Shown piece after piece: positions 1 to 11,496 of a DNA stretch of 64,000 nucleotides (position 1 is its first letter; each line of letters opens with the position of its first letter). The notes under the pieces are model-generated. The model did no database searches, was not told the origin of the DNA, and saw only the letters and a list, made by a program, of their open reading frames with translations. Both the position numbers and the translations under genes were made by a program. The stretch is from Octopus vulgaris (lineage: Eukaryota): the NCBI GenBank assembly GCA_951406725.2, contig OX597832.1, positions 40,362,001 through 40,426,000 on the forward strand. The letters are read 5' to 3'.

Positions 1-42
1 TGCTTTTTGCTTTTTGAGCCAATAATTAACTAACTAACTAAC
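1..42 (+). mobile_element. 3' tail of a CR1-type LINE ending in (TAAC)n
   Basis: TGCTTTTTGCTTTTTGAGCCAA..TTAACTAACTAA matches the tail of the CR1 fragment at ~58122-58160. Confidence 0.7.
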
Positions 43-99
43 AAATCGAAGGCCCTTTGTAAAAAAATTATACCAGAAGCTCTCAGAAAAATTGAAAAC

Positions 100-830
100 A
101 GAGCTTTTAATTATCTTGAGTCATTGTAGACTGTGCACTTGTTTAGCTTATGTCCAAATTTGGTACTGGTAAGGCCTAGTATTTGTAGCAATTCTGAGGA
201 CTTAATGTCATTCATATATAAGGAGTATGTAGTGTAATACCGTTTCCTCCATATGTGTCGTGATAATGTTTTGGTACAGTTGAAGGAGACAAGATACTAT
301 TTCCCACTTGGGAGGTGAGGATGCTTTGAAGGTCTCTGTTCATGGAAACAGTTGCAAGCCTGGCTTGATAAGTGTTTAAATTTTATGAGGATAGTTCCTG
401 TGTGCAGAAAGTTAAGGAGGAATGAAAGCGCTTGATTTCATCTGCATGAGAATGCATGGTTACATATAGCAGTAAACAAAGGTGGAACAACATTACTTTT
501 ACTGAGTTCTGAAGGATGAATGGCCACAGATGTATAACACAGAAGGATAAAATTTCCATAGATATAGTTCTACCAGTTGACTGATGGACATTTGAAAGCA
601 ATTCTCTTGGTTGGATGTAGCAATTCCAAAGCAAATATTGATATTTTAAAAGCTAAACACCATTTTCACAAATATCACAAACCATTTTTTTCTGCTTAGT
701 TTGTGAAATTTGGATATGTGCACACTTATTGCTAACATCACCTTCTTTGATAATTTTTCGGTAAATAAATTTGTTGGTTGTCTTTAGTTTTTTTGTGAGT
801 GTATTCACTGTATTGTATTGAACAAAATGG
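100..830 (-). mobile_element. possible heavily decayed Penelope-like RT C-terminal/linker remnant
   Basis: Interrupted minus-strand peptides (NSVKVMLFHL..HADEIKRFHSSL; ILPYI-like) loosely resemble the PLE thumb/linker; many stops and frameshifts. Confidence 0.3.
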
Positions 831-1593
831 TTGTGTGGCCTTTGCTTGTCATTCTCTCGGTTATCTGGTCCACTGTGGAAAAAATTTGGTGACCCCTGGA
901 ATACACAGTCAAGAAATGGATCCCAAAAGAGAGACAGACAGACAGACAACAGAGACATTAAAAAGTATCAACATGTTACCAGTCCAAATACACTTGGTGC
1001 ATATCAAAAAGTATGGTGAGGACAGGTGCTAGCAATGCACTGCTTTATGGTAACGGAAGGAATACTGTTAGGACTGATCCCCTTGTTTTTATACCTGGAA
1101 AATATATCTATGTGTGACCACACAACAAATTGTATAAGTGTCTACAAAACTATTTACCAATGCCTCAGGTTAACCTAATCCTTCTGAGTGAGATTAGGTA
1201 GGCAGAAATTGTGTGGACACCTGCTGAATGGAGTGCATTTATATTTCAAAGGTACAGTCTTGTTATACACACTAATTCTACCTGTCGATTACATTAACAG
1301 TACATGTGTCTGTGGAATACTCAGCCATGTCACATGCTTATTCACTGAGCTGGTAATTCAGTTGATCAAACAACTGAATCATCATGGAGTTCCATTAGTT
1401 TCAGTACATCTACCCCAGACACTGTGACAGTAATAGTTTCATAATTAATGACATGATGTTTCTTTTACTCATGTTGTTTTAATTGCAAGAAGGTAATTGG
1501 CATAATATTAATTAAAAAAAACATTTCTTCTGCTGATGACAGGATATGAACTCAGAATGTTTTAGCTTGGTGGCTAATATTTTACCCTCTTAA

Positions 1594-1814
1594 CCCTTTC
1601 ATTACCATTTTTATTTTGAGATGCTCCGTACTTCTTTCAATTACTTTAAATATAACAAAGAATTTAGTAAAATAACTTAGTTATCATTCAGCTAGTGTTA
1701 GGAGCATTAACTGTGACTAAGGTTTGGTGGAAGATTTTAATTCAAAACTTAAGAAAACAAGACATTGGTACTACAGAGCCAGAGGCGGTTTCAGCCGGGT
1801 TGGTAATGAAAGGG
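1594..1814. mobile_element. piggyBac-type MITE, family A
   Basis: TTAA-CCCTTTCATTACC...GGTAATGAAAGGG-TTAA; an inverted sister copy lies at 53233-53453. Confidence 0.8.
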
Positions 1815-2673
1815 TTAATTATCATTATTAGGGTTTTAATTTTTTAATCTAAATTCAGTTCCAAAGCCTGCATTATCTTTCAACTTTCAGTCATTTTTTT
1901 AAGGACTTATTCAGAGAAGGAAAGGCAGCATCCTTAATCCTTTTCTCAGGCCCTTACAATGCATGAAATTTTGATATCTGAATATAAATTTTCACCTCAA
2001 TTTTGTATTTGTATTGATATTATTCTAGTTCTGCTTTCTTTAAAGTTCAGTGATATCTTAATCTAAAATAATGCCAAAATATTCTGTAGAACTCTGATAT
2101 GTTTTTCACCTGTTGCTACTTTTGCTGAAAAATGTTGCTATAAACGTTTCATGCATTATTTATCTCAAACTACAGAATCCAATGGGTGCTAAAAAAGAGA
2201 GAGAAAAGGGCATTAAAGTGTGATTTCCAAGAGAGACAGAGAGAGAGGTTGGGGTTGTCTGCTTTCTTTTGCATGCTACGAGTCCATGTGAACCTTGAAC
2301 TCAGCTATTTATCTGATGTAAGGATCCCTAAATGATTGACTTTGAAAACCCTTCTTTATTTTTTTTTTTTACTTTTCAAAAGTTGGAGGATTTCAATGGA
2401 TTCCTAATATTTATTTTCTGGGCAGGAGTAATCCTGGGTCTGGAGTAATCCTGGGCAGGAGTAATCCAGGGCCCTTTACACAAACATTGGAGCTAGGCCT
2501 TTGGTCTCAGGATAACTTTCTCAGATTATCTCACCAGTCTTGGAAGGCCTGAAAAATGTGTCAAGGGTGCTACCTTTCATTCTCTGATTGAGTCCTTCCA
2601 AAAAAAAAAAAAAATTAAAAAATAATAATAAATGGCTGGACATAAAGTTGTCTTTGGTTGCATTTAAACTTAA

Positions 2674-2894
2674 CTCATTAGCATTCAGATTATTCTGTCA
2701 AATGTAATGTTTTTTTTCATTCATATTGTTTTTAATTAATTGTGCATTGTTTTGTAGCTTCAAAATCTTGATGATGTAGTCGTATATTTTTAGAATGGCA
2801 TTCAAGGGCAGGTGTGATGGGCTGGATCTGCCTGTTAGACCATAAAACAGGTAGCATGTTTGAGATGGATGTAAATGGTTAAAATGCTAAAGGG
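2674..2894. mobile_element. piggyBac-type MITE, family B
   Basis: TTAA flanks and ...ATGCTAAAGGG end; homologous copies at 3473, 11152, 11497, 24449 and 63817. Confidence 0.75.
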
Positions 2895-2909
2895 TTAAAT
2901 GAGTAAATA

Positions 2910-3712
2910 GGCATGGGTGGGTGGTAAGAAGCTTGCTTCCCAACTACATGGTTCCAGGTTCAGTCCCACTGCGTGGTACCTTGAGCAATTGTCTTCTGTT
3001 ATAGCCTCAGACTGGCCAAAGTCTTGTGAATGGATTTGGTACACGGAAACTGAAACAAGTCCATCATATATATATATATGGCCGTTTGCCAGCCTCGTCT
3101 GGCACCTGTGTCGGTGGCACATAAAATCACCCACTACACTCTCGGAGTGGTTGGCGTTAGGAACGGCATCCAGCTGTAGAAACACTGCCAGATCAGACTG
3201 GCCTGGTACAGCCTTCGGGCTTCCCAGACCCCAGTTGAACCGTCCAACCCATGCTAGCATGGAAAGCGGACGTTAAACGACGATGATGATGATGATATCT
3301 ATGTACGTGTATCCTTGTGTCTGCGTTTGCCCCCTCATCACCACTTGACTACCGATGTTGGTGTGTTTACATCCCTGTAACTTAACAGTTCAGCAAAAGA
3401 GACTGATAGAATAGGGATCACGCTTAAAAAAGTTAGTCCTGTGGTAGATTTGTTTGACAAAAAGCCCTTTAACCCTTTAGTGTTCAGATTATTCTATCAA
3501 ACATAATGCTTATTGATTCCCATTGATTTGAATTAATCATGCATTATCTCATATCTTCAAGATCTTGATGGTGTAATTACTTAATGTAGAATAACATTGT
3601 AGGGTAGGTGTGAGGGCCTGGATCTGGTCAGTTTGAACATAAAACAGATTAAATATTTTGGCCGGATATAGCCGGTTTAAATACTAAAGGGTTAAAGTGG
3701 TGCCCCAGCATA
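2910..3712 (+). mobile_element. tRNA-derived SINE family S1 with a nested RTE 3' tail (3080-3296) and a nested MITE (3473-3691)
   Basis: Head GGCATGGGTGGGTGGTAAG..GGTTCAGTCCC; the SINE 3' end is split at a duplicated TTAA by the MITE. Confidence 0.75.
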
Positions 3713-4056
3713 AAAGAAAAAAGCCTAATAATCATTATTTATATTAATTGTGACAATAGCTCAAAATAGCAGAGCAGTATATATTAGCTATAGGGCTTAT
3801 ATGTTCTACATTCATTTCCTGTTATTAGCAGAGGCAATGTTGTCTTTAATTAACATCATACCAGTAGCCTGCCTGCAATTAAAAGAAAATAATGAAGAAA
3901 AGAAATGCTACATCATTAACTATTTTGCCACAGCTGTTTTGTAATTAATGGATCACTGTCAGATTTGATAATTAGCATTTAATTATTCGACCAACTAAAT
4001 TAGCAGGTTGTTGAATTAGTGTGTGAACTGGCTGAGTATTCCATAGATACATGTAC

Positions 4057-4288
4057 TTATTTCTTTACTACCCACAAGGGGTTAAACACAGAGGGGACAA
4101 ACAAGGACAGACAAATGGATTAAGTCGATTATATCGACCCCAGTGCGTAACTGGTACTTATTTAATCGACCCCGAAAGAATGAAAGGCAAAGTAGACCTC
4201 GGCGGAATTTGAACTCAGAACTTAGTGGCAGACGAAATACCGCTAAGCATTTCGCCCGGCATGCTCGCGTTTCTGCCAGCTCATTGCC
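4057..4288 (-). mobile_element. tRNA-derived SINE family S2 with 18-bp TSD
   Basis: TTCCATAGATACATGTAC duplicated at 4039-4056 and 4289-4306; B-box-like GAGTTCAAATTCC on - strand. Confidence 0.85.
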
Positions 4289-4768
4289 TTCCATAGATAC
4301 ATGTACCATTAATGTAATTGCCAAAGAGAACCAGTGTGATACAGTATACATAACAAGAATGTACCCTTAAATTATAGATAGACTCCATCCATCAGACACC
4401 TGCACAGCTTCTCCCTACTCAGTTTCATTCAAAAGGTTTGGATCAACTGGAAGCAGGGGTAGAAGAAAATAATACTTGCCCAAAATGCCAGGCAAAAAGT
4501 TTGAAAACAAAGCAGTGTGATATCAGAGCAAACTTCCAAATCATTTGGCCATTTCTAGTAAAATAAAAGCACATTTATAAGATCAAACTATTGGTAACAA
4601 TAGGAAGACAAAGTTCACCTAAGAGTACAAATAATTACAGCACACCCACCCATCTCATTCAAGCAAGTATGGCTTGGTAAAATGTACCATGCTTTTGCTA
4701 ATTCATCTAGGTACTTATATACATACATACATACATAGATACATACATACATACATACATACATACAG

Positions 4769-5000
4769 AAGGCGGTGATCTGGCAGAACCGTTAGCACTC
4801 CGGGTGAAATGCATAGCCGTATTTCGTCTGTTGTTACGTTCTGAGTTCAAATTCCGCCAAGGTCGACTTTGCCTTTCATCCTCTCGGGGTCGATAAATTA
4901 AGTACCAGTTATACACTGGGGTCGATGTAATCGACTCAATCCCTTTGTCTGTCCTTGTTTGTCCTCTCTGTGTTTAGCCCCTTGTGGGTAGTAAAGAAAG
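4769..5000 (+). mobile_element. SINE S2 inserted in a (CATA)n microsatellite
   Basis: GGCGGTGATCTGGCAGAA...GGGTAGTAAAGAAA, with (CATA)n on both sides. Confidence 0.85.
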
Positions 5001-5043
5001 ATACATACATACATACATACATACATACACACACATACATACA

Positions 5044-5076
<33 letters not shown>

Positions 5077-5084
5077 TATATACA

Positions 5085-5150
<66 letters not shown>

Positions 5151-5182
5151 CATACATACATGCATACATACATACATATATA

Positions 5183-6370
5183 TTGTATTTGGCAAACTCT
5201 GTCATTGGCTATGGAACGAAAGGGAGCATTAAGCTTGACACCAAAGTAAAGGTCTATTAAAACTGCCGTTCTTATCACTTTCATGTATGGCTTGGAATTG
5301 TGGACACCCTTTATGTGGCACATTAACCAACTTGACATCTTCCAAAAAGGTTGTTTCAAGACAATCCATAGTTATTCAGGAAAAGACAGACTGTTTGGCA
5401 AGTGTAAGATGGGTGGAATCAAGGGCTTCCTTATGCAGCAGTAATTGCACTGGGCTGGCCATGGCATCAGAATGAGTGACAAAAGAATACCCAGTCTTCA
5501 TGTACAGCCAGCTTGATATATTTCTTTACTACCCACAAGGGGCTAAACACAGAGGGGACAAACAAGGACAGACAAACGGATTAAGTTGATTACATCGACC
5601 CCAGTGCATAACTGGTACTTAATTTATCGACCCCGAGAGGATGAAAGACAAAGTCAACCATGGTAGAATTTGAACTCAGAACGTAACGACAGACGAAATA
5701 CCTATTTCTTTACTACCCACAAGGGGCTAAACACAGAGGGGACAAACAAGGACAGACAAACGGATTAAGTCAATTACATCGACCCCAGTGCATAACTGGT
5801 ACTTAATTTATCGACCCTGAAAAGATGAAAGGCAAAGTCGACCTCAGCGGAATTTGAACTTAGAACGTAAAGACAGATGAAATTCCGCTAAGCATTTCGC
5901 CCGGTGCGCTAACGTTTCTGCCAGCTCGCTGCCTTGATAATGGGCATAGGAATGTTGACCAACTCTGGATTAGATACAAGGACAATTTGAAGAGTAACCG
6001 CTCAGCAGTCAATATAGCTCACGACACCTTTGGAACAGTCTTGGAGCGAACAAAATAGAGAAAATCATGTGAAAATGGTATAAAAGGTTTAGAGGTGCAT
6101 TAACAGACTTAGAGGTCCATTAACAGGCTTAGAGGTCCGTTAACAGGCTTAGAGGTCCGTTAACAGGCTTAGAGGTCCGTTAACAGGCTTAGAGGTCCAT
6201 TAACAGGCTTAGAGGTCCGTTAACAGGCTTAAGGTGCAAGGCAAAGGAGAAAAGTGGCTGCAACTATACCACCTGCACTGACCTGTAATCCTCATACTTG
6301 CAACACCTGTAGGCTTCTTTGCAAATTATTGGTGGGACTCAAATGTCATATCAGGCATAAGCATTATAAC
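5183..6370 (+). mobile_element. decayed RTE-clade LINE 3' region, interrupted by a partly duplicated SINE S2 (5519-5934, -)
   Basis: Frameshifted peptide FGKL..LWN..IKLDTKVKVY..AVL.T.MYG..LWT..HINQL..F resembles the RTE ORF C-terminus. Confidence 0.65.
6089..6236. repeat. 20-bp minisatellite (TTAGAGGTCCRTTAACAGGC)x7
   Basis: Head-to-tail units with no spacers. Confidence 0.95.
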
Positions 6371-6544
6371 TGACAAAAAAAGTGTAGGTTGTTGGATCCT
6401 CATATGTCAAAACTGACATGAGAGTCCATCATATTTGTGTGTGTGTGTATATATGTATATATATATATATATATATAAAATTACGATGTATGTATCTAAA
6501 CAAAGTTTACTTTTTTAGAAGTGTTGAAGTGTATCGAAATATAC

Positions 6545-6709
6545 AGATATAGAAATATTTTACTCTCGAGTGCATAATAATAATGCTGAATAGTATAAAT
6601 AGGATATATTGCAGAAAAAGTTTTGTTACCAGCCAACAATATAAGGACATTCTAACCTATTTATGCTATTCAGCATTATTATTGTATGTTTGAGAGTAAA
6701 ATACTTCCA

Positions 6710-6714
<5 letters not shown>
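6545..6714. repeat. foldback palindrome with ~60-bp arms
   Basis: TATTTTACTCTC..AATAATGCTGAATAG..ATAAATAGG is mirrored by CCTATTTAT..CTATTCAGCATTATT..GAGAGTAAAATA. Confidence 0.85.
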
Positions 6715-6772
<58 letters not shown>

Positions 6773-7283
6773 ATATATATATAAGAATGAATGTTTTTAT
6801 ATATAATGAACGTGAAACACAGGAAGGGACGAACACGGAACACAGACAAATCATTCGAAGCCTTCAATCTTCAGTCAGACACCGAACCATCATAGCAAAT
6901 TTCGGCTGTTCAATTCTGATATTTGCTCCAACTCGGCCAGCCCCAAGAAAAAAACTAAGCTGTAAGCATTAGATTTCTTGGTAGAAGACAGGAATGTGAA
7001 CGCACAAGACGGATGTAAACACAAGAGACGAAAACGAAATTGAAAACGGTAATGAACAAACAAAACATATATAACGGTGGTTGTCATACGACTTTAGACC
7101 AAATGAGACAAAAACAACAACAACATAGCTGGCGTAGAAATAATTACCGTTTCGGTAGCGGGGACACATGTTGGTCGAGATACGATGATAAAACGGTAAG
7201 ATAACAAAAGAAAGAAAGAGACCTAAATATTATGTAAATAGAGGAAATTTATCTATACAATATGTTACATTACTCGGTAGTCA

Positions 7284-7346
7284 AGATAAAACTCTGAGTT
7301 TCAGATGCCGAAGTGGAAATCCACAACACCATCTCTTCGGTTATCT
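7284..7346 (-). ncRNA. type I hammerhead ribozyme motif (U4C core variant) in the Naiad 3' pLTR
   Basis: Reverse complement of 8524-8586. Confidence 0.7.
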
Positions 7347-7530
7347 GGCTATTTGAAAACGTTATGAAAAAATACCGTTAAAAATGAAGGGAAATTATTC
7401 TGTTATAACTCTGCTTTGCCTGCGTACTTATACATCGCTCGCATTTTTCGTCATAAAAATTATATAAAAATACATAAAAATATATAAAAATATATAAAAT
7501 CTTCTTGGGACATAACACAGAAAGCATGTT

Positions 7531-8154
7531 CTATCCGTTTTCTTTAGGGGACCAAAAACGTAACAGAAATTTAGTCACATGTGGGCATGATCCGAAAAGC
7601 TCTGTCCTTGTATTTAGACATGTGGTAGGGTCTAAGCTGCTTTTCCAGATAAGCCATCTCTCCATGTCGCATAAACCGCACCTTCCGCTGCCGTTAGTAT
7701 AGGGCTTACATCTGGCCAAAATCTTCCATTGTATGTTATAATCGACACCTTTATCTCTTAAAGACCAAATATGATTGGTTAATTGTGTCGCTTTTCTTTT
7801 GTTCCAGTGCCTAAAGCTCAAAGTGTGGTTATTGAACCTGGCCTTGAAATTACCCTCTGTCAGGCCCACGTATTTCTTCGTCGAAACGGTGTCTTTAGTG
7901 GTTATAGAGTTTACGGTAGCTTCATATATGATGGTCTTGGACATGCAAGCTCCATTTAGCGGGCACAATTCTTTATTCCTGCATGAACAGCTGTTTTCTT
8001 CTTGTGTTTTTTGTATGTTATGATTGATTATGTTTTTAAAATTGGTAGTTGAACTAAAACTAATTTTTAAATTGTGTCTATTGAAGAGTTTCCTATAAGC
8101 ATGGTTAACTGGAAAATGTCTATCTATCAGTGCTAGGAAATATTTACCTATATT
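7531..8154 (-). CDS. Penelope/Naiad linker plus GIY-YIG endonuclease domain (5'-truncated, stop-free)
   Basis: NIGKYFLALIDRHFP..KLFNRHNLKISFS..CSCR..CPLNGAC..IIYEATV..KYVGLTEGNFKARFNNH..RCGLCDME..LNTRTEL..CPH. Confidence 0.85.
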   Translation of the reverse strand, partial: NIGKYFLALIDRHFPVNHAYRKLFNRHNLKISFSSTTNFKNIINHNIQKTQEENSCSCRNKELCPLNGACMSKTIIYEATVNSITTKDTVSTKKYVGLTEGNFKARFNNHTLSFRHWNKRKATQLTNHIWSLRDKGVDYNIQWKILARCKPYTNGSGRCGLCDMERWLIWKSSLDPTTCLNTRTELFGSCPHVTKFLLRFWSPKENG

Positions 8155-8523
8155 TACCTATACTAACGGCAGCAGAAGGTGCGGTTTATGCGACATGGAG
8201 AGATGGCTTATCTGGAAAAGCAGCTTAGACCCTACCACATGTCTAAATACAAGGACAGAGCTCTTCGGATCATGCCCACATGTGACTAAATTTCTGTTAC
8301 GTTTTTGGTCCCCTAAAGAAAACGGATAGAACATGCTTTCTGTGTTATGTCCCAAGAAGATTTTATATATTTTTATATATTTTTATATATTTTTATGTAT
8401 TTTTATATAATTTTTATGACGAAAAATGCGAGCGATGTATAAGTACGCAGGCAAAGCAGAGTCATAACAGAATAATTTCCCTTCATTTTTAACGGTATTT
8501 TTTCATAACGTTTTCAAATAGCC

Positions 8524-8586
8524 AGATAACCGAAGAGATGGTGTTGTGGATTTCCACTTCGGCATCTGAAACTCAGAGTTTTATCT
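8524..8586 (+). ncRNA. type I hammerhead ribozyme motif (U4C core variant) in the inverted pLTR
   Basis: AGATAA-CCGAAGA-GATG..CATC-T-GAAA-CTCAGAG-TT-TTATCT: perfect 6-bp stem I and near-palindromic stem III. Confidence 0.7.
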
Positions 8587-8614
8587 TGACTACCGAGTAA
8601 TGTAACATATTATA

Positions 8615-8662
<48 letters not shown>

Positions 8663-8667
<5 letters not shown>

Positions 8668-8877
8668 ATCCAAACATGAAAACACAAAGAGAAAACACAA
8701 CAACGCAAAGACGTGGAACAAGTATAGCATTATTGGACGCTCAGGAAGGAAGGGAAGAAGGAGGGTTTTACGTTTCGAGCGGAGCTCTTCGTCAGAAACG
8801 TAGCAAAAAAGGAAAGATCCAAGGAAGGGAAGACGGAGGAAAAAAAATCGCCAACGGTACACACGTTGTCACATTTT
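8663..8877 (-). mobile_element. ~215-bp non-coding hammerhead-bearing mini-element in TA-rich microsatellite
   Basis: A second copy in the opposite orientation lies at 46945-47153. Confidence 0.8.
8765..8799 (-). ncRNA. minimal type I hammerhead ribozyme
   Basis: Minus strand GTTT-CTGACGA-A-GAGC-TCC-GCTC-GAAA-CG-TA-AAAC; palindromic ACGT stem III. Confidence 0.8.
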
Positions 8878-8924
8878 TAATGTATGTATGTATGTATATA
8901 TATATATATATATATACATACATA

Positions 8925-9761
8925 CAGGGAGCGATGGGTGAATTGTTGCCGTCGACTACACAGTATATTAGGGTCAGTTGGGCACCATCTGTGAGAAAAA
9001 CACCACCATGATGTAATTCACTCTTCCAGAAATTTGGAAACAACACGCTGTACTGCTTGGCATTTGCTCTGGAAGCTCCAACACAAACATTTCAGAGTGT
9101 TTGGGTGTCAGTCTGAGGACAGTGCAATCTGAAGACATTTACCAAAAGTGATAAAAATCAAGCATCCAGTCAACATCATGGTGTTTGGAGTAATTACTAG
9201 TGATGATGACATTATGCCTCCATCTTCCCACATGGCCTCAGACCCAACACTGTGGCCTACATCAAGTGCCTGGTGGAGGAAGTGCTGCCCTGGGCCAAGG
9301 GAGTGGATACGAGAAGACCCTGTGTCTGGCAACAGGATTTTGCACCATGCCACACAAGTAGGAGAACTCAGTCATGCCTCTCAGACAATTTCTGCAACCA
9401 CATCACCCCCTAACATCTGGCCACCTAACTCCCCAGACTGCAACCCCCTTGATTATTATGTGTGGGGCGTAGTTGAGCAAGAAACCAACAAAATTCCTTG
9501 TAACACCAAAGATGAACTGAAGGCAAGGATTATGGCAGCATTGACCTACTTAAACAAGGAGACCATCCAGAAGAGTCGCAAAAGGTTCCAAAGTCGTCTG
9601 GAGGCCAAGGTTGAAGCCAATGGCGATTTTATTGAATAAATTTACTCTTTAGTATTTCAAGATATTTTTATATAATTTCGTAAATATATCTGTTAAAATG
9701 AGAAATCAGTGTTATTTTCATTTTTACATAACTTAGACAACAATACATTCACTGCACCCTA
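8925..9761 (+). mobile_element. internally deleted Tc1/mariner-superfamily transposon (maT/DD37D-like)
   Basis: WPPNSPDCNPLDYYVWGVVE..ELKARIMAA..RLEAKVEANGDFIE; degenerate TIRs TA-CAGGG..GGTGAAT / ATTCAC..CACCCT; frameshifted. Confidence 0.85.
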
Positions 9762-9831
9762 GAGAGAGAGAGACAGACAGACAGAGAGACAGACAGACAG
9801 AGAGACAGAGACAGAGAGAGACATACAGACA

Positions 9832-11000
9832 GAGTGTTGTAACTGAAAGGATATTCAATTAGTTATAATCTAGGTGGGACATGTTAAATAAGAATTAGTG
9901 GAAAGGATGAGGATCTATAAAATAAAGGATAAAAGGATATGATGGTACCAGATATACTATTTTAATTAAGTGAGCTCTTGTATATTAGTGAGAATTGACA
10001 ATGGCACAGAATTGCTCAGGCAAGCTCTTAACATTTAAGAAGCATGTGGGGTGGGAGGTTACTTTGATTTAAAATAAAACACCTTTATTAGGCAATCTGG
10101 TGGAGTGCAGAGTTTAGTTTCCTTGTGGGGGTTAGGGATGGAATTCTATTCACAGGAATACATTTTGTATGTGTAGTTTGGGGGTGTGGGAGAGGCAGTT
10201 GGATATGTTGCTTGTTAAGATTTGGGGTAATTTGTGAAGTGTTGCTCTCTACTATAGGAAGTATCATAATTGTTGTTTGGGGTGTGGAGGATTTCGGTGT
10301 AACTGAGCTAGCTTAGTATTAGACAAAAATGTTATTTTTTGCAAGAGACCACTTGCAGTAAGTGCTTGATTATAATAGGTGGCATGATTATTGAATATTT
10401 CCTCCATTGTGAACAGATCGGAAATTCTAATAGAGATACCCTTAATTACACTATTAAAAACAGCTCTATGGGGATTGGAATAGACATTGATATAGTTTAG
10501 ATATTCATTAAGCTTATTGAACAAGGAATATAAGGAAGAATTTAAATCTAATGTTACAGCAAGGGACTGGCTATTTCACTGATATTCTCAAATGTGATAG
10601 TTAGGCCAAAATTGGCAAAGAACTTATGCAGGGTCTTTCTGATTTTATCAAGAGCTGGTTTGGAGAGATTAGTGGTAACCAGGAATGCATCATCACAATA
10701 TAGTCCACCGTAGACAACTGAAAAGTCCACTAGAATAGCTGGAAAGTACATGTGTCCATCAATTTTTAAAATTATTCAAGTTTTACCACTACACTAATTG
10801 CAGTAACACAATTACCCCTGATTCTCACTAACATCTAATTTAGACATCATATAAGTTCACTTATATAAATTAGTATACTTACAGTATCATCATATCCGTT
10901 TATCGTTTATTTTATAGATCCTCATTCTTTCTATTAATTCACAATTAACACGTCCCACCTAGATTATAATTAATCGAACACCCTTTCAGTTACAACACTC
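9832..11000 (-). mobile_element. older Naiad-type Penelope RT remnant between ~150-bp inverted repeats
   Basis: GGLYCDDAFL..LDKIRKTLHKFF..GLTITFE and YINVYSNPH..ISIRISDL..EEIFN..YNQAL..SG; inverted repeats at 9832-9980 and 10850-11000. Confidence 0.8.
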
Positions 11001-11151
11001 CCATTATAATAGGCCACCACGAGGCCTTCTCTTCTCACGGTTTGAAATTATGCACTCAGTAATATAATATATATAATTTAATTTTCCAGATATTTTCACT
11101 AATTTACTTGTGGTATGATTCTGTAGTCACCAGGTACAAGATTCTCATTAA

Positions 11152-11371
11152 CCATTTAGCATTCAAATTACTCTACCAAATGTATTGCTTATATATTCAT
11201 ATTGCTTTGAATTAAGCATGCATTATCTCATAGCTCGGAGATTTTGATAATGTGAATGTCTATTTTAAGAATGACATTGTAGGATGTGTGTGAGAGACTG
11301 GATCTGGCTGGTTTGAACATAAAAGTGGTAGAATATTTGGGCCGGATATGGTAGGTTTAAATGCTAAAGGG
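11152..11371. mobile_element. piggyBac-type MITE, family B
   Basis: TTAA flanks; homologous to 3473-3691. Confidence 0.75.
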
Positions 11372-11496
11372 TTAAAATAATTCACTGTTTTTCTTAGTCA
11401 AAATTGCACTTTTTTTGTACTCAGTACTTAATAAAAGAGTTACCAGTAGATTCTTTTGTATTAAATAATTTTAGTAATCAAAGTGATCTTTCTTAA

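Larger units (their letters stand above)
6785..8611 (-). mobile_element. 5'-truncated Penelope-like element (Naiad-type) with an inverted pseudo-LTR
   Basis: GIY-YIG ORF plus near-identical inverted repeat 7259-7703 / 8157-8611; (TA)n on both flanks. Confidence 0.9.

Noticed and set aside
6089-6236. CRISPR-like regular repeat
   Set aside because: No spacers, no cas genes and a eukaryotic context; it is a minisatellite
6855-6910. Possible type II hammerhead on the minus strand (AGCC-GAAA...CTGAAGA..GGCT)
   Set aside because: Stem III does not pair and 5 extra nt separate the core from stem II; too weak to call
8404-8470. SECIS candidate in the Naiad 3' UTR
   Set aside because: A TTATGAC/GTCATAA stem is present, but there is no proper non-Watson-Crick quartet and no in-frame TGA in the retained ORF
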